Shown here piece by piece: positions 29,766 through 40,013 of a stretch of 64,000 bases of DNA. The stretch spans positions 61,264 to 125,263 of IMG/VR virus record IMGVR_UViG_3300037264_003921. The stretch is one strand, 5' to 3'. The notes under the pieces were generated by a model, which was not told where the DNA came from, did not search any database, and was given only the letters and a program-made list of their open reading frames with translations. The position numbers were made by a program, and so were the translations under genes. The stretch comes from a virus. The first letter of the stretch is position 1, and each line of letters starts with the position of its first letter.

Positions 29766-32497
29766 GCTTCAGCACACTGATCTATACTCTTATCTATTGC
29801 AAAATGAACAAATAATATATTCCTAATCCCACAATCATTATCTTCACATGGATTAAAACCAGTAACAATCTGATCAGCTGCCGAGATCATAAACGTATCG
29901 AAATTAAGCTCTGTATTAAATGGTAACACAATATCATAATCACCAGGCGTACCATCATCTGTTACAGACCCAATAACTGGGATCCCAGTCTCATCATCTT
30001 CTGGTATGACAAAACTCCCATTACCCTGTTTTAATGCTACAGTGTACAATGCTACATTTGATAGGCTTCCACTTATTGATGCAAGTGAAAACACTCCATT
30101 CCTATCACCACTCGGTTTTCCTAATGGCAAATTTCTTGGAATAACTCCTGATATTATTGGCCCATTTGAAAACATCTTCTGTTGATTATCAAACACCATT
30201 AAACAACCAACATCACCGCTAGAGCTACCAATAATTCCAAAATTCATCCACATGAATCTATCATTAGACACAGTCGGTTTAAATAAGTTGATGGCATCTA
30301 CAGTCCCAGATGATATAGCAGAACTTAGATCAGCTGCATATGTATTAACATCAAATCCCGTCGACACTTCAACTTTAATTGTTTCACCTGACATAAACCA
30401 TGATACAATCTCATCATCGTTAATCATAATGCTTTGAGCAGAAAAATCAGATGCCGTTACAGCGCCACCAACATTTGAAAATATGATCGTATCATCAATT
30501 GGGTCAAATATTATTCTTAATGTCTGTGACGTAGATGATTTTACACCAGTCAATATTATTACAGGCAGCCCATCCCATACGCCAGATGCTAATGTAACAA
30601 AGCTATCAGTTATATTAACATCATCAAACGTTGTTGAAAATGATGACATTGACAATGATGGCCAATTCACTGTTAATTTAGCAAGCTTCAATTCACCAGA
30701 ATCAGAAAAGGCATAATAAATAGAATTTCCATCAGATAATGGTTTTGTTTCAAGCAATTCACCATTTGCAAATGGGTTAGTTAGTTCTAATTCATTATAT
30801 CCAGAAACCGTATCATTTAATTTCTGTAATTTGACATGCAGATCCACGCCAGACCCAGACCCTGCGATTCCTATTATTAGTCCACTTTCATGATATACTG
30901 CATTCTCAATAAACTCAGATTCATTTGATGATGTATAATTACATGAATAAATAGCATCCCTACCATCAATAGATGTGTCTGTTGCTGGTGGTGCAACCTG
31001 TGCAATATTTAAACATTTACCAAAAACATACGGAAAATCAACACCAGCGTGTCTATTGATAGTTTTCATCATTACATTAAGAACACCAATTTTATTCTCT
31101 GATTGTTTTATCTGACAGTTAATTGGTGGGAAACAATCACCAAATATATCAATATTATCGACGCTCGCGTCCTCTAATCTAACTAATAATTCTGGCATTG
31201 TTATTGTCAGTTTATCAGATGAACTCAGTGTTGCACCATGCGATGTTGGTATGAATAGCCTAATAAAATTAGTGCCTTGTAATGCAACCAAAAACACAGA
31301 GCCATCCCAATCATTTAAAACTGTAGATTCTACATCAGCGATTATACCTTTAGTAATGTCAAATAATATTGATCTCTGACTATCAAACGGATTTGATGAA
31401 TCTGCAATAAAATCACCGTCACCAACTATATCCGTCATTAATAAATCAAACATTGTTCCATTTGAATCACTACTAGGAAATTCCCCACTACCATGGAATT
31501 CTATCTTAAATTCTGGTATTACATTACATTGTCCATCTTGAGTCAATAATTTTTTATCAGATGAGTATACTCTTATATGTCTAATTGTCGGCAATGTAGG
31601 TGTTCCATAATCATCAATTATAGCGGTGCCAATTGTTATATCATTTCTCTGTAGCTCTACAATTCCACCATTAACCATTTCAGATGAATTATCATTATCA
31701 TAAAATATCTGTTGCCTGTTTTTCACAAAAAACAATTCATTGCTGCTTATAATCCGCGATCCAATAATGATTTTATATTCAGTATTATTACCTAAGAATA
31801 AATTTTCATCATTAAAATAGACACTAACATGCGATACGGATGAATCATCATAATTTTTTGTAATTATAGCTTTATTGCCTATATTCCATACATCGACTGA
31901 TTCAGATAATTCACTAACACTTGCAATTGACACACCATTTCTATCATATGCAATTGTAATATTACCATATAAGTTTGTTGTATTATAGTTATCCGATACA
32001 AGAGATTTTGGATTTAAATCACTAAATAGGTCTATTTCAATCGCACCATCGCCTTGTGATGGACCCATATTATTAATGCCAATAGCCCATAAACTTATAG
32101 TATTATAAGAAGAATCATCGGAAGATTTCAATGACCCTTGATATAATACGCGATATCTATCATTATTATCTTTCGTACCGATAAACAGCAACCCATTATT
32201 AAATCTATCGCTGCGAACTAACTTACCGCTATCAGCAATTGATTGTGTCACGGTACATGATCCAGATTGTGCAAAATATGTCCCATTACCAAATGGTCCA
32301 TCTATTGTAACATTCTGCGTCTGAAATTCTAAATCTTTTATTGTTATTAAGATATTACCATCTAATTGATCAATCGCCGATGGCAACACAGACCCAACTC
32401 TATTATCATGAACATCAATCCGTATACGATTAGTACGATGTGCAAGAATGTCAGCTTCTTTCACTAAAAATCTAGACATAAATTCACCATTTATCAT
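29762..32497 (-). CDS. large acidic beta-rich virion structural protein
   Basis: 911 aa, D/S/N-rich, coupled to fibre-like gene. Confidence 0.6.
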   Translation of the reverse strand: MINGEFMSRFLVKEADILAHRTNRIRIDVHDNRVGSVLPSAIDQLDGNILITIKDLEFQTQNVTIDGPFGNGTYFAQSGSCTVTQSIADSGKLVRSDRFNNGLLFIGTKDNNDRYRVLYQGSLKSSDDSSYNTISLWAIGINNMGPSQGDGAIEIDLFSDLNPKSLVSDNYNTTNLYGNITIAYDRNGVSIASVSELSESVDVWNIGNKAIITKNYDDSSVSHVSVYFNDENLFLGNNTEYKIIIGSRIISSNELFFVKNRQQIFYDNDNSSEMVNGGIVELQRNDITIGTAIIDDYGTPTLPTIRHIRVYSSDKKLLTQDGQCNVIPEFKIEFHGSGEFPSSDSNGTMFDLLMTDIVGDGDFIADSSNPFDSQRSILFDITKGIIADVESTVLNDWDGSVFLVALQGTNFIRLFIPTSHGATLSSSDKLTITMPELLVRLEDASVDNIDIFGDCFPPINCQIKQSENKIGVLNVMMKTINRHAGVDFPYVFGKCLNIAQVAPPATDTSIDGRDAIYSCNYTSSNESEFIENAVYHESGLIIGIAGSGSGVDLHVKLQKLNDTVSGYNELELTNPFANGELLETKPLSDGNSIYYAFSDSGELKLAKLTVNWPSLSMSSFSTTFDDVNITDSFVTLASGVWDGLPVIILTGVKSSTSQTLRIIFDPIDDTIIFSNVGGAVTASDFSAQSIMINDDEIVSWFMSGETIKVEVSTGFDVNTYAADLSSAISSGTVDAINLFKPTVSNDRFMWMNFGIIGSSSGDVGCLMVFDNQQKMFSNGPIISGVIPRNLPLGKPSGDRNGVFSLASISGSLSNVALYTVALKQGNGSFVIPEDDETGIPVIGSVTDDGTPGDYDIVLPFNTELNFDTFMISAADQIVTGFNPCEDNDCGIRNILFVHFAIDKSIDQCAEA

Positions 32498-34833
32498 GCG
32501 AATACAACCTTAGTAAATGGTGGTGAAGGACATGCCCCTGGATCAAATGAGCCTGTAACGCTAACTGTCATAGTGTCTGTATTTAGTACTGCATCAGTTA
32601 CAGTTATATCAACAGATGATGACAATACAGTAACTAACGCTCCATTCAAATTGCCAGTTAAGAGTCCTAGAGATACCGTTAATGGTAATGTACCAACTGT
32701 CACAGTAAACGAGTATGGTGGAACGCCACCAGTTGCACTAGCCCATGCCGGTACTGAGATAGAACCGCCAATACAACCCTGTACTGGCAATGTCAGTGAT
32801 AATTGTAGCGCCGCTGGTGGAGGCGGTGGAGGCGGTGGAAGTGATGGTGGCGGCGATGATAGAGTAGTGGTAGGCGACTGTGGAGTCTCTACATTTTCGA
32901 ATCCTACGAAAGAAAATCCAGATGGTACTGTAGGTTGTGTCGGCTCTGGTGGTCCAACAGAACCTGGTGTCGGCTCTGGCGGTGGTTCAACAGTACCTGG
33001 TGGTGGTAGTTGTGAAACTGGCGGGTCAGGTATACCAGGACCGCCACCAGTTGGACACACACACTGCACTGATGTCTCAACCTTATATCCTCTACAACAA
33101 TTTATTTGATCCTCATTAACGATTAATTTTAACGCAAATGTCTTCTTTGGACAGAATGACTCTTCGTTGCCATTGACAAACCCAGTATCTCCCGAAAATT
33201 CATATGTGATTGGCATATTACCAGACTTCACATCATCATTTATAGATGCTTTTGTCTTAACCTGACAATTATCAACATATCCTGGTTTATTACGCTGTTC
33301 TTTACATAGTTCATCATCAAATGAAACTTTTACTGTAACCTTCCAGCCACCAGCTACGCTTATTTGTTCATTAAATTGATCAACACTACCACCTATCACA
33401 CTAGAAACAGATCCTGAAGACAATGGGCCGTTCGGGCAATTAATTGGAGGTAATGTAAAACCACCATTCTGTAACTCAAATGCAATTGGAGAATCACATT
33501 CGCAAAAGTCCAATCCAGGAGATCCAGTTAAATGAGGTTCAAACGTTACAGGTGGGTCAATCTTACCACTAATACCACATGTATTGTCACCAATATTAGG
33601 ACACCAGAAAAAGTCTTCTTCACAACATTGTTCTGGCGGTCTTGGATCTGTTGCAATCTTAAACATATATCTTGGATTTACTCTTTCGAACCAATTAAAT
33701 CTACGCACATTATAATGTCCAGCGTCACAACAGTCAGGTGTTGGAGTCCATGCAGGTAAGTCAAGCTTCGGCTGAATAAATTCATCGGGAATAAATTTAA
33801 ATTTTCCAATGTCCTTACATTGCTTAGATGTCACGCTAACAGCAACAAGTGATGCTTTGTCTATTTTGCCCATAGGCATCACACCACTATGTAACAAATT
33901 AAATGAGCATACGTCTTCGAACATCGGCTTTTTAACAAACAAAACGTTGTCAGTCGTAAATGGTTTTCTTAATGACACCATAGCATCAGTAGACCGCAAC
34001 AACGGATCATCAAAAAATTGTTCAATTATTTGAAAAAAACTACTGCCATTATCGCCTTTCTCGCCTTTTAGACCAATCTGCCTAGCTTTATACTTCCATG
34101 TTCCTATATCATCAGCACCAGATGTAAATCTTATTGTTCCAGATAAATGTTGAGTAACCACATCATATGTCATGATTAATGATGACATCTCTACTTCAGG
34201 ACTATCTTCAAACTGGATTACTGTAACCTCATCAGTATCACCAATTGGGATTAACAGTTCAAGTATTGTTATATCACTTCTAAAAATCCTCAATGATATG
34301 CGTGTGTCTAATGGCGTTGAAACTGTAGTTTCAAACCTTAATTCATTGTCCTCAGCAAATATTGGATCTAAAAATTTTTCATTGCCAGCTTTAATTCCAT
34401 CACGTCCTTGTTTCCCTTGAAGGCCTATTTTCCCTTTAGGACCCCTACAACATGTTTTCGTAATTTTAGACAACATCCTTGCCCTATCAATTTCTACCCT
34501 TAACTTATTTTGTGATTCAGGATAGAACCGTACTAAATCATCTGACGAATAAAAGAAATAAAAATATGGTGACAACCCATCAACATCTATTTTAAATTGG
34601 TCGAATTTAACACCATTTTTTATCAGCTTGTTGATTAAATTTAGTTTCTCAAATATTTTAGGTGTGATGATACCTGGATTTTCTTGTGAAACTATTGGAG
34701 GAGTTTGTATTATGCCATGATATATCCAAGTACGCTCTTCGGCATCAAATTCATATCGATTACCTGAATCGTCTATAACCTGATCACCATCTAGAGCACC
34801 AACTAATGGCAATTTTATTACTTGTTTAGGCAT
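32494..34833 (-). CDS. virion fibre-like protein with short collagen-like triplets, Cys-rich and Pro-rich segments and a C-terminal Ig-like (He_PIG-type) domain
   Basis: GPKGKIGLQGKQGRDG, GLKGEKGDNG, poly-Pro, ATGGVPPYSFTV..GTLP. Confidence 0.65.
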   Translation of the reverse strand: MPKQVIKLPLVGALDGDQVIDDSGNRYEFDAEERTWIYHGIIQTPPIVSQENPGIITPKIFEKLNLINKLIKNGVKFDQFKIDVDGLSPYFYFFYSSDDLVRFYPESQNKLRVEIDRARMLSKITKTCCRGPKGKIGLQGKQGRDGIKAGNEKFLDPIFAEDNELRFETTVSTPLDTRISLRIFRSDITILELLIPIGDTDEVTVIQFEDSPEVEMSSLIMTYDVVTQHLSGTIRFTSGADDIGTWKYKARQIGLKGEKGDNGSSFFQIIEQFFDDPLLRSTDAMVSLRKPFTTDNVLFVKKPMFEDVCSFNLLHSGVMPMGKIDKASLVAVSVTSKQCKDIGKFKFIPDEFIQPKLDLPAWTPTPDCCDAGHYNVRRFNWFERVNPRYMFKIATDPRPPEQCCEEDFFWCPNIGDNTCGISGKIDPPVTFEPHLTGSPGLDFCECDSPIAFELQNGGFTLPPINCPNGPLSSGSVSSVIGGSVDQFNEQISVAGGWKVTVKVSFDDELCKEQRNKPGYVDNCQVKTKASINDDVKSGNMPITYEFSGDTGFVNGNEESFCPKKTFALKLIVNEDQINCCRGYKVETSVQCVCPTGGGPGIPDPPVSQLPPPGTVEPPPEPTPGSVGPPEPTQPTVPSGFSFVGFENVETPQSPTTTLSSPPPSLPPPPPPPPAALQLSLTLPVQGCIGGSISVPAWASATGGVPPYSFTVTVGTLPLTVSLGLLTGNLNGALVTVLSSSVDITVTDAVLNTDTMTVSVTGSFDPGACPSPPFTKVVFA

Positions 34834-36112
34834 TTATTGGTTCTTCGTGTAATTCAGAAGCGATTAAACATCCCTCAGCTATTGCATATAATGGTTCTTC
34901 TGATCTTATTATTGCACCTATTTCAAATGGCATTTTCTGAGTCGACAACACACTCTTAAATAAATCTAAGAATCCATTTGGCATTGAAGTCCCACCAGCA
35001 CAAACAATTGGCATTGGACGTTCAGCTCTTGCTTTTGATTCATTATGTCTGAATCCATCTGCAATTGCTTTTGCAACATTCTCTATCAATATTTGATAAT
35101 TGATAAATATTGCTTTTTCTAAATTAGTATCAGGCATGCCATTGCCTAAGTTGATCTTTTCCTTAGCTTTAGTCACAAGAACCTTTGGTTTTTCAGTTCC
35201 ACCTTCAACCTTTTCTAAGTTGCCTGTAACACGTGCGCTCTCGATATCAACCCAATCACCAGAGCCAACAATAGAAAACTCATAAATAGGCATTCCATAT
35301 AAACAATATGATATATTGACCATGCCAGCCCCAAATGAAATTCCTATCCCAGTCCTATCAGGAATCTGCGAAACAACTATTGCTCTTGCTTCATTAATTG
35401 GGAATGCTCTTACAGTTCTACCTTCTGTAGTTTTATATGAATCTAAGATTGCTTGTACGACTTTCTGATGATATCGTACATTGACATTAGCATTTATTGC
35501 CGATCCTGGAACACAATAATACATTATAGCGTCTTCATCTAATTTCCATATCAAACTCTTAATTATTACAGCCATTATTTTCATCGCTTCTTCTTCACCA
35601 ATAGCCAAAACACCGTTTTCCATTGGCCTGCGTAGGACCTTCCCAAAATGATATGCTATTTCCTCAGCTTTCATACCGAGAGCAGTGAACTTATCATCCC
35701 TTTCTATAAATGGAATGCCCTGTGATGTCAAAATCTGTTTTATGAATCCATCACCTTTGACTATATCGACAAACCCATTCACTTCTCTTTTAAACTTAAG
35801 CTTTCCTTGTCTTCTTTCAGCAAGAACTATATTCTTAGTTCCTATATCTAATCCTAATTTCTTCATTACACCACTCCTATATGATTGCCTACGGAGATAT
35901 CTTATGATCTTGTTTTGGAGTTTTCTTGGTATTCTGTTCAACTTCAGTTCCGAAGCTAACCTTAGTCGGACCGGTGCTGGCAAAGAATTCAGGTCCGATA
36001 TGCTCTTCAGCTCTCTTATCGTCTCCAGTACTTCCTTTAGCATCTTTGGCGGAAGTAGAAGCGTTGATAGGTCCTTGTACAATTCCAGTGGTATGTCTTT
36101 GTCTATCCTCAT
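34826..36112 (-). CDS. actin-like ATPase (MreB/FtsA/ParM superfamily); probable start 35866
   Basis: GLDIGT, RPM..G, INEA.A, SFGAGM.N, GD..D, AGGTS; AGGAG RBS before MKKLGLDIG. Confidence 0.82.
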   Translation of the reverse strand: MRIDKDIPLELYKDLSTLLLPPKMLKEVLETIRELKSISDLNSLPAPVRLRLASELKLNRIPRKLQNKIIRYLRRQSYRSGVMKKLGLDIGTKNIVLAERRQGKLKFKREVNGFVDIVKGDGFIKQILTSQGIPFIERDDKFTALGMKAEEIAYHFGKVLRRPMENGVLAIGEEEAMKIMAVIIKSLIWKLDEDAIMYYCVPGSAINANVNVRYHQKVVQAILDSYKTTEGRTVRAFPINEARAIVVSQIPDRTGIGISFGAGMVNISYCLYGMPIYEFSIVGSGDWVDIESARVTGNLEKVEGGTEKPKVLVTKAKEKINLGNGMPDTNLEKAIFINYQILIENVAKAIADGFRHNESKARAERPMPIVCAGGTSMPNGFLDLFKSVLSTQKMPFEIGAIIRSEEPLYAIAEGCLIASELHEEPINA

Positions 36113-36365
36113 TTTTTATTACTATCAATCCATCTATATGTAGATTTACATCACGTAACCGTTTAATTGGATGTCTCAAGTACAACAATTCCATACAAAC
36201 GTCACACGACAGTAAATGTTCAGCACGTCTCAACTCATAAGCATTAAAACAATAATTATTATTATTAACAAACAAATTCTTAAGCCATTTAAATATCATT
36301 ATATGGTATCTTTGATCTATGTAATAATATATTTAGTATTTTATATACGTCTAACTAAATAAAAT

Positions 36366-36866
36366 ATGCATATCCTGATATACCAAGATAGTAGACTAAC
36401 AGACACAAATCTGCCAATAGCTAAATGGACAAACGAGCTAGACGACATGACCAAGGAAATGTTTAAATTAATGTATAGAACAGATGGCGTAGGACTTGCA
36501 GCCCCGCAGGTCGGTAAAAACTTACAAATGTTTGTTATGAATATATCTGGGGATCCATCAAATAAAAGTTCTGAACGAATATATTTCAATCCTCAGGTCA
36601 AGCTATCAAAAGAAAAAGAGACTAATATAGAGGGATGCCTTAGTTTTCCAGGTATGGTTGGATGGATATTAAGAAGTATTGATGTTGAAATAAGTGCTGA
36701 TACCCCAACTGGCCATATTGTTGAACAATTTTCCGGGTTAACAGCTAGAGTAATACAGCATGAAATGGACCATATCAATTCTATATTATTCATAGAAAAG
36801 ATGAGTCAAGCCGATCTAAGACGTAATGACCCGATACTCAGAAAACTGAAAAGTATGAGGAAATAA
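36366..36866 (+). CDS. def: peptide deformylase
   Basis: GVGLAAPQVG, EGCLS, QHEMDH. Confidence 0.95.
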   Translation: MHILIYQDSRLTDTNLPIAKWTNELDDMTKEMFKLMYRTDGVGLAAPQVGKNLQMFVMNISGDPSNKSSERIYFNPQVKLSKEKETNIEGCLSFPGMVGWILRSIDVEISADTPTGHIVEQFSGLTARVIQHEMDHINSILFIEKMSQADLRRNDPILRKLKSMRK

Positions 36867-37147
36867 TGAAGCTGAAACTTGTTTTTGGGCTTTCATTAAT
36901 TTATGTTGGTTTGTTTACAATGTTGATCAACCAGATACCAGTTATTAAGGAAACTTCTCATTATGCTAACATAACAGAAGTAATACCATGGGTGGGTGGA
37001 CATATAGTACACAAAGCTACATGTCAATGTGGCAGGGCTATAATGTGGCTCTCTGAGGATCTAAATATTAAAGTTGGTATGAAAATAATGATTAGAGTTG
37101 ATGAAATGTATGAACATACGGTTGTGTATACTGGCAATGAGAATTAA
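36866..37147 (+). CDS. hypothetical membrane-anchored protein
   Basis: N-terminal hydrophobic helix; coupled to def. Confidence 0.55.
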   Translation: MKLKLVFGLSLIYVGLFTMLINQIPVIKETSHYANITEVIPWVGGHIVHKATCQCGRAIMWLSEDLNIKVGMKIMIRVDEMYEHTVVYTGNEN

Positions 37148-37560
37148 GAGGTGGGGCCATGGACGAACACACTAGCGGAAACGGTGGATGCGGGAACCAA
37201 TCAACTAGCTCAGCTCTTCCAGGCCAGGCGTTCGGTATCAGCGACGTGGCGGCCGGGAAACTCAAGTCGATCATGGAGCAGGAAAAGAAGGATCCCGCGA
37301 CGATCGGCCTGCGCATCGGCGTACAGGGCGGCGGATGCTCCGGGCTCCAGTACTTGATGGATTTCGACGAGAAGCGCGCCGACGATCGCGTCTTCGAGAA
37401 CGGCGGCATGAAAGTTTACATCGATCCGCGCAGCGTCCTGCACGTGTCGGGCTCGATTCTCGAATACCAGGACGGCCTCATGGGCTCCGGCTTCGCGATC
37501 AAGAATCCGAACGTCAAGGGTAACTGCGGCTGCGGGAAGTCGTTTTCGACGTAGAATTAA
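37140..37560 (+). repeat. 8-bp direct repeat AGAATTAA (37140-37147, 37553-37560) flanking GC-rich gene
   Basis: Read directly; boundaries coincide with the GC jump. Confidence 0.6.
37159..37554 (+). CDS. A-type Fe-S cluster carrier (IscA/ErpA/HesB family)
   Basis: LRIGV.GGGCSGLQY, GF.I.NPN....CGCGKSF; 36/60 GC in line 37261. Confidence 0.95.
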   Translation: MDEHTSGNGGCGNQSTSSALPGQAFGISDVAAGKLKSIMEQEKKDPATIGLRIGVQGGGCSGLQYLMDFDEKRADDRVFENGGMKVYIDPRSVLHVSGSILEYQDGLMGSGFAIKNPNVKGNCGCGKSFST

Positions 37561-38210
37561 TCAACAAATTTAGCTATCTCATTTATCCAGTCTAATCCTT
37601 CGTTTTCAACATCTAAGTGTTTCAAACCTCTTTCTGGATCGATTCTATTACTGGTCTTTTTGCCATTTATTGAAATTATATTATCTAGATTAATAGATAG
37701 GATTTTATTAAATTTTTTAGTGATAATATAATTAGTATGTCTATCATTAGTATCATACACCCTACTATTCTTTACATCATAAAATTCTGGGTTGTTTTTA
37801 CGGATTTGTAATGATTTGCCGTGGGATCTTGGCCTGCTTGTAATAGCCCTAACTTCTGATTCACGATGTGTTGGGTCTATACCGGCTAATAATGTTCCAC
37901 CATCAATCACTTTAACAAAATCAGCATAAATGACTCGTTGTTTTGCATTAGGATCGTTTTCTAATTTTAATAGATTAGCTTTATGTGTTTTAAGCTCCGG
38001 ATAGATTTCCTGTAAATCGTATTCAAGATGGTAAATGTAATTATCACGATCACGTTTGGTCCAATAGGCGAATTTGCAAATCCTTGATAACAATTTAGAT
38101 AATTGGCTTTGTTTATATTGGATTTGGCTGGTAATAAAGCGGATCTTTTTTAACAAATAAGCTTGTTCATTGGATAATGGCTTTAATATGATTGTATATG
38201 CTTTAGGCAT
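37557..38210 (-). CDS. hypothetical basic protein
   Basis: 217 aa, abuts nuclease-like gene. Confidence 0.6.
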   Translation of the reverse strand: MPKAYTIILKPLSNEQAYLLKKIRFITSQIQYKQSQLSKLLSRICKFAYWTKRDRDNYIYHLEYDLQEIYPELKTHKANLLKLENDPNAKQRVIYADFVKVIDGGTLLAGIDPTHRESEVRAITSRPRSHGKSLQIRKNNPEFYDVKNSRVYDTNDRHTNYIITKKFNKILSINLDNIISINGKKTSNRIDPERGLKHLDVENEGLDWINEIAKFVD

Positions 38211-38765
38211 CTATAATAGATTTGGCGTGGGGATGGAGTTGCGAGCGTGGATTAAAAAATCCTCATATGTTCCTTCTGGATGTGTTCTAATCCACTTTTC
38301 AAATCGATTATATAGGATTGTGTTTGGTTGTCGATTAATATAATTGCCTATCGCTCTTGTTGATTTTTTGCGCGGGAGATTACGTAATTGCTTAACATAT
38401 TCTTGTCCTTTAGACTCAAGAGTCACACTTTGTGGGTCATTTAATGAAACTGGTGGCAACTTTACCTTACCATACCATCTTGATAATTTTCTGATTCTAT
38501 TATATATGCGATTCATCAGTTTGAGTTTTCTAAGGTCAAATGGCGTAACCTTAACTAGACCAACATTGTTGAGGTGACATAGTTTGATTTTCTGGGAGGA
38601 TGTTGGCGTGTAATGTTCTTGAAATTCTATACCAACTCTCAAGTCTTGGTAGTAAAAATCTAATCCTAATTTTTGTGGCCAGTCGGGCCTATAATTTACA
38701 AGTAGGGGTGTGGTTGGGAGGAACAGTTTCAGCCATTTAGCTGTCAAATCTTGACCATAGGGCAT
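38211..38765 (-). CDS. PD-(D/E)XK (Vsr-like) endonuclease-like protein
   Basis: YRPDW..LGLDFYY.DL.VGIEFQ.H. Confidence 0.55.
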   Translation of the reverse strand: MPYGQDLTAKWLKLFLPTTPLLVNYRPDWPQKLGLDFYYQDLRVGIEFQEHYTPTSSQKIKLCHLNNVGLVKVTPFDLRKLKLMNRIYNRIRKLSRWYGKVKLPPVSLNDPQSVTLESKGQEYVKQLRNLPRKKSTRAIGNYINRQPNTILYNRFEKWIRTHPEGTYEDFLIHARNSIPTPNLL

Positions 38766-38817
38766 GTTGATTAAATACTATACATATAGAGGGTGGGATT
38801 AGGATTGGGGGATCCTA

Positions 38818-38929
38818 TCAATCTTCTCTATCCGGGAGCCAGGGTAGGCTTTCCCCTTAGATGGATTGGAGGATTGGATTGTTATCCTTAGTCTTATAGA
38901 TTAGAATGGGTTCAATCTTCTCTATCCGG
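38818..38929. repeat. 18-bp direct repeat TCAATCTTCTCTATCCGG (38818-38835, 38912-38929), with GGATT runs
   Basis: Exact duplicate with 76-bp spacer. Confidence 0.9.
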
Positions 38930-39145
38930 TTTGCCAGAAGCTTAAAATCCCCGTCTCTAATGGAGACGTTTGTAGGCTGCGCGTATTACATACCACTACT
39001 GTGGAGGATTTTACCCCTCTCTCTTTCGAGAAGCGATGCTATTCATCTACTGCAAATAGTCACGACCAATAAGTCCAGCAGGGGGTCCATAAATGGTGAA
39101 TCTCTAAATCACTTCGACTAGGATAACAAATTGTAAAGAACCAAT
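38879..39145 (-). ncRNA. putative structured ncRNA of unknown class (strand tentative)
   Basis: Closing stem 38879-38893/39116-39129 plus nested stems taaaatcc/ggatttta, cgtctc/gagacg, cccct/agggg, and ctc-GAAA-gag on minus strand. Confidence 0.5.
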
Positions 39146-39343
39146 TTTATTGGCCGTAAGGCGACATAAGTACATTGCACATAAATTACCCGGCCAAATT
39201 ATTAGCTATATCATGTTATTAATGCCCGGCTATTTCGGCGATTGATGATAGCTTATTAATGCCATAGCCGTTATCGGCGATATTATGCACCAATTAAGTA
39301 CTCATCCGTATGGCGTGACGAGTATTTAAGATATAATTATGGT

Positions 39344-39655
39344 GTGATTATGAAGACAAAAGCGAGACAATTTGCTGTTGCTGCAAAGGATTGTGGAAAT
39401 GTCAGTGATTGGTTTGCATTTGTCGATAAATCACAACGTATTAAAATTGACTGTACTCTGAGTGGCAAGATAGATTCAGCAATTAAAATATTACGCAAAA
39501 AACCAAATACATATGATAGCCTTCTTATGACAGAGAATGAAGTTCAAGTGGTGTTAAAATGGTTTTCTATGGTGCCACAAATAGTTATAGATAATAGCGA
39601 CATTAAACTTAATAATGCTATGAACATGTTTTTGTCTAACAACACTAAGGAGTAA
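39344..39655 (+). CDS. hypothetical protein
   Basis: 103 aa, first gene of plus arm; TATAAT upstream. Confidence 0.6.
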   Translation: MIMKTKARQFAVAAKDCGNVSDWFAFVDKSQRIKIDCTLSGKIDSAIKILRKKPNTYDSLLMTENEVQVVLKWFSMVPQIVIDNSDIKLNNAMNMFLSNNTKE

Positions 39656-39659
39656 TATT

Positions 39660-40004
39660 ATGGGATTCAGACCATTCGCCGACAGGGTGCTTGTAAAGCT
39701 GCACGACCAAAAAGAAGTAAAAACACCAAGTGGTATAGTTTTGCCAGAATCATCTGCGAAATTTAGGACAGCTGAGGTGGTAGCTATTGGAAGAGGTCAA
39801 GTTTCTGCGGAAGGTACAATTACACCGCTGGAAGCTAAAGTCGGCGACATAGTGCAGCTTATAGCGCATGGTGGCGACGATATGACAATTGGGAGTGATA
39901 AGTTTTTGCTAGTATCAGAAAGACTTATTGTTGGGATCATTGACGATAAAACACAAAAACCTGCACCAAAAATGGTAAGACTTTTATCTGAATCTAAGTC
40001 TTAA
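39660..40004 (+). CDS. groES: co-chaperonin GroES
   Basis: RPFADRVLV, KTPSGIVLP, VVAIGRG, KVGD.V. Confidence 0.92.
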   Translation: MGFRPFADRVLVKLHDQKEVKTPSGIVLPESSAKFRTAEVVAIGRGQVSAEGTITPLEAKVGDIVQLIAHGGDDMTIGSDKFLLVSERLIVGIIDDKTQKPAPKMVRLLSESKS

Positions 40005-40013
40005 TCTATAGGT

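Noticed and set aside
32815-33050. GC-rich GGT/GGC tract as a foreign insertion
   Set aside because: Explained by poly-proline coding on the minus strand
38818-38929. CRISPR mini-array
   Set aside because: Only two 18-bp repeats, 76-bp spacer, no cas genes in the window
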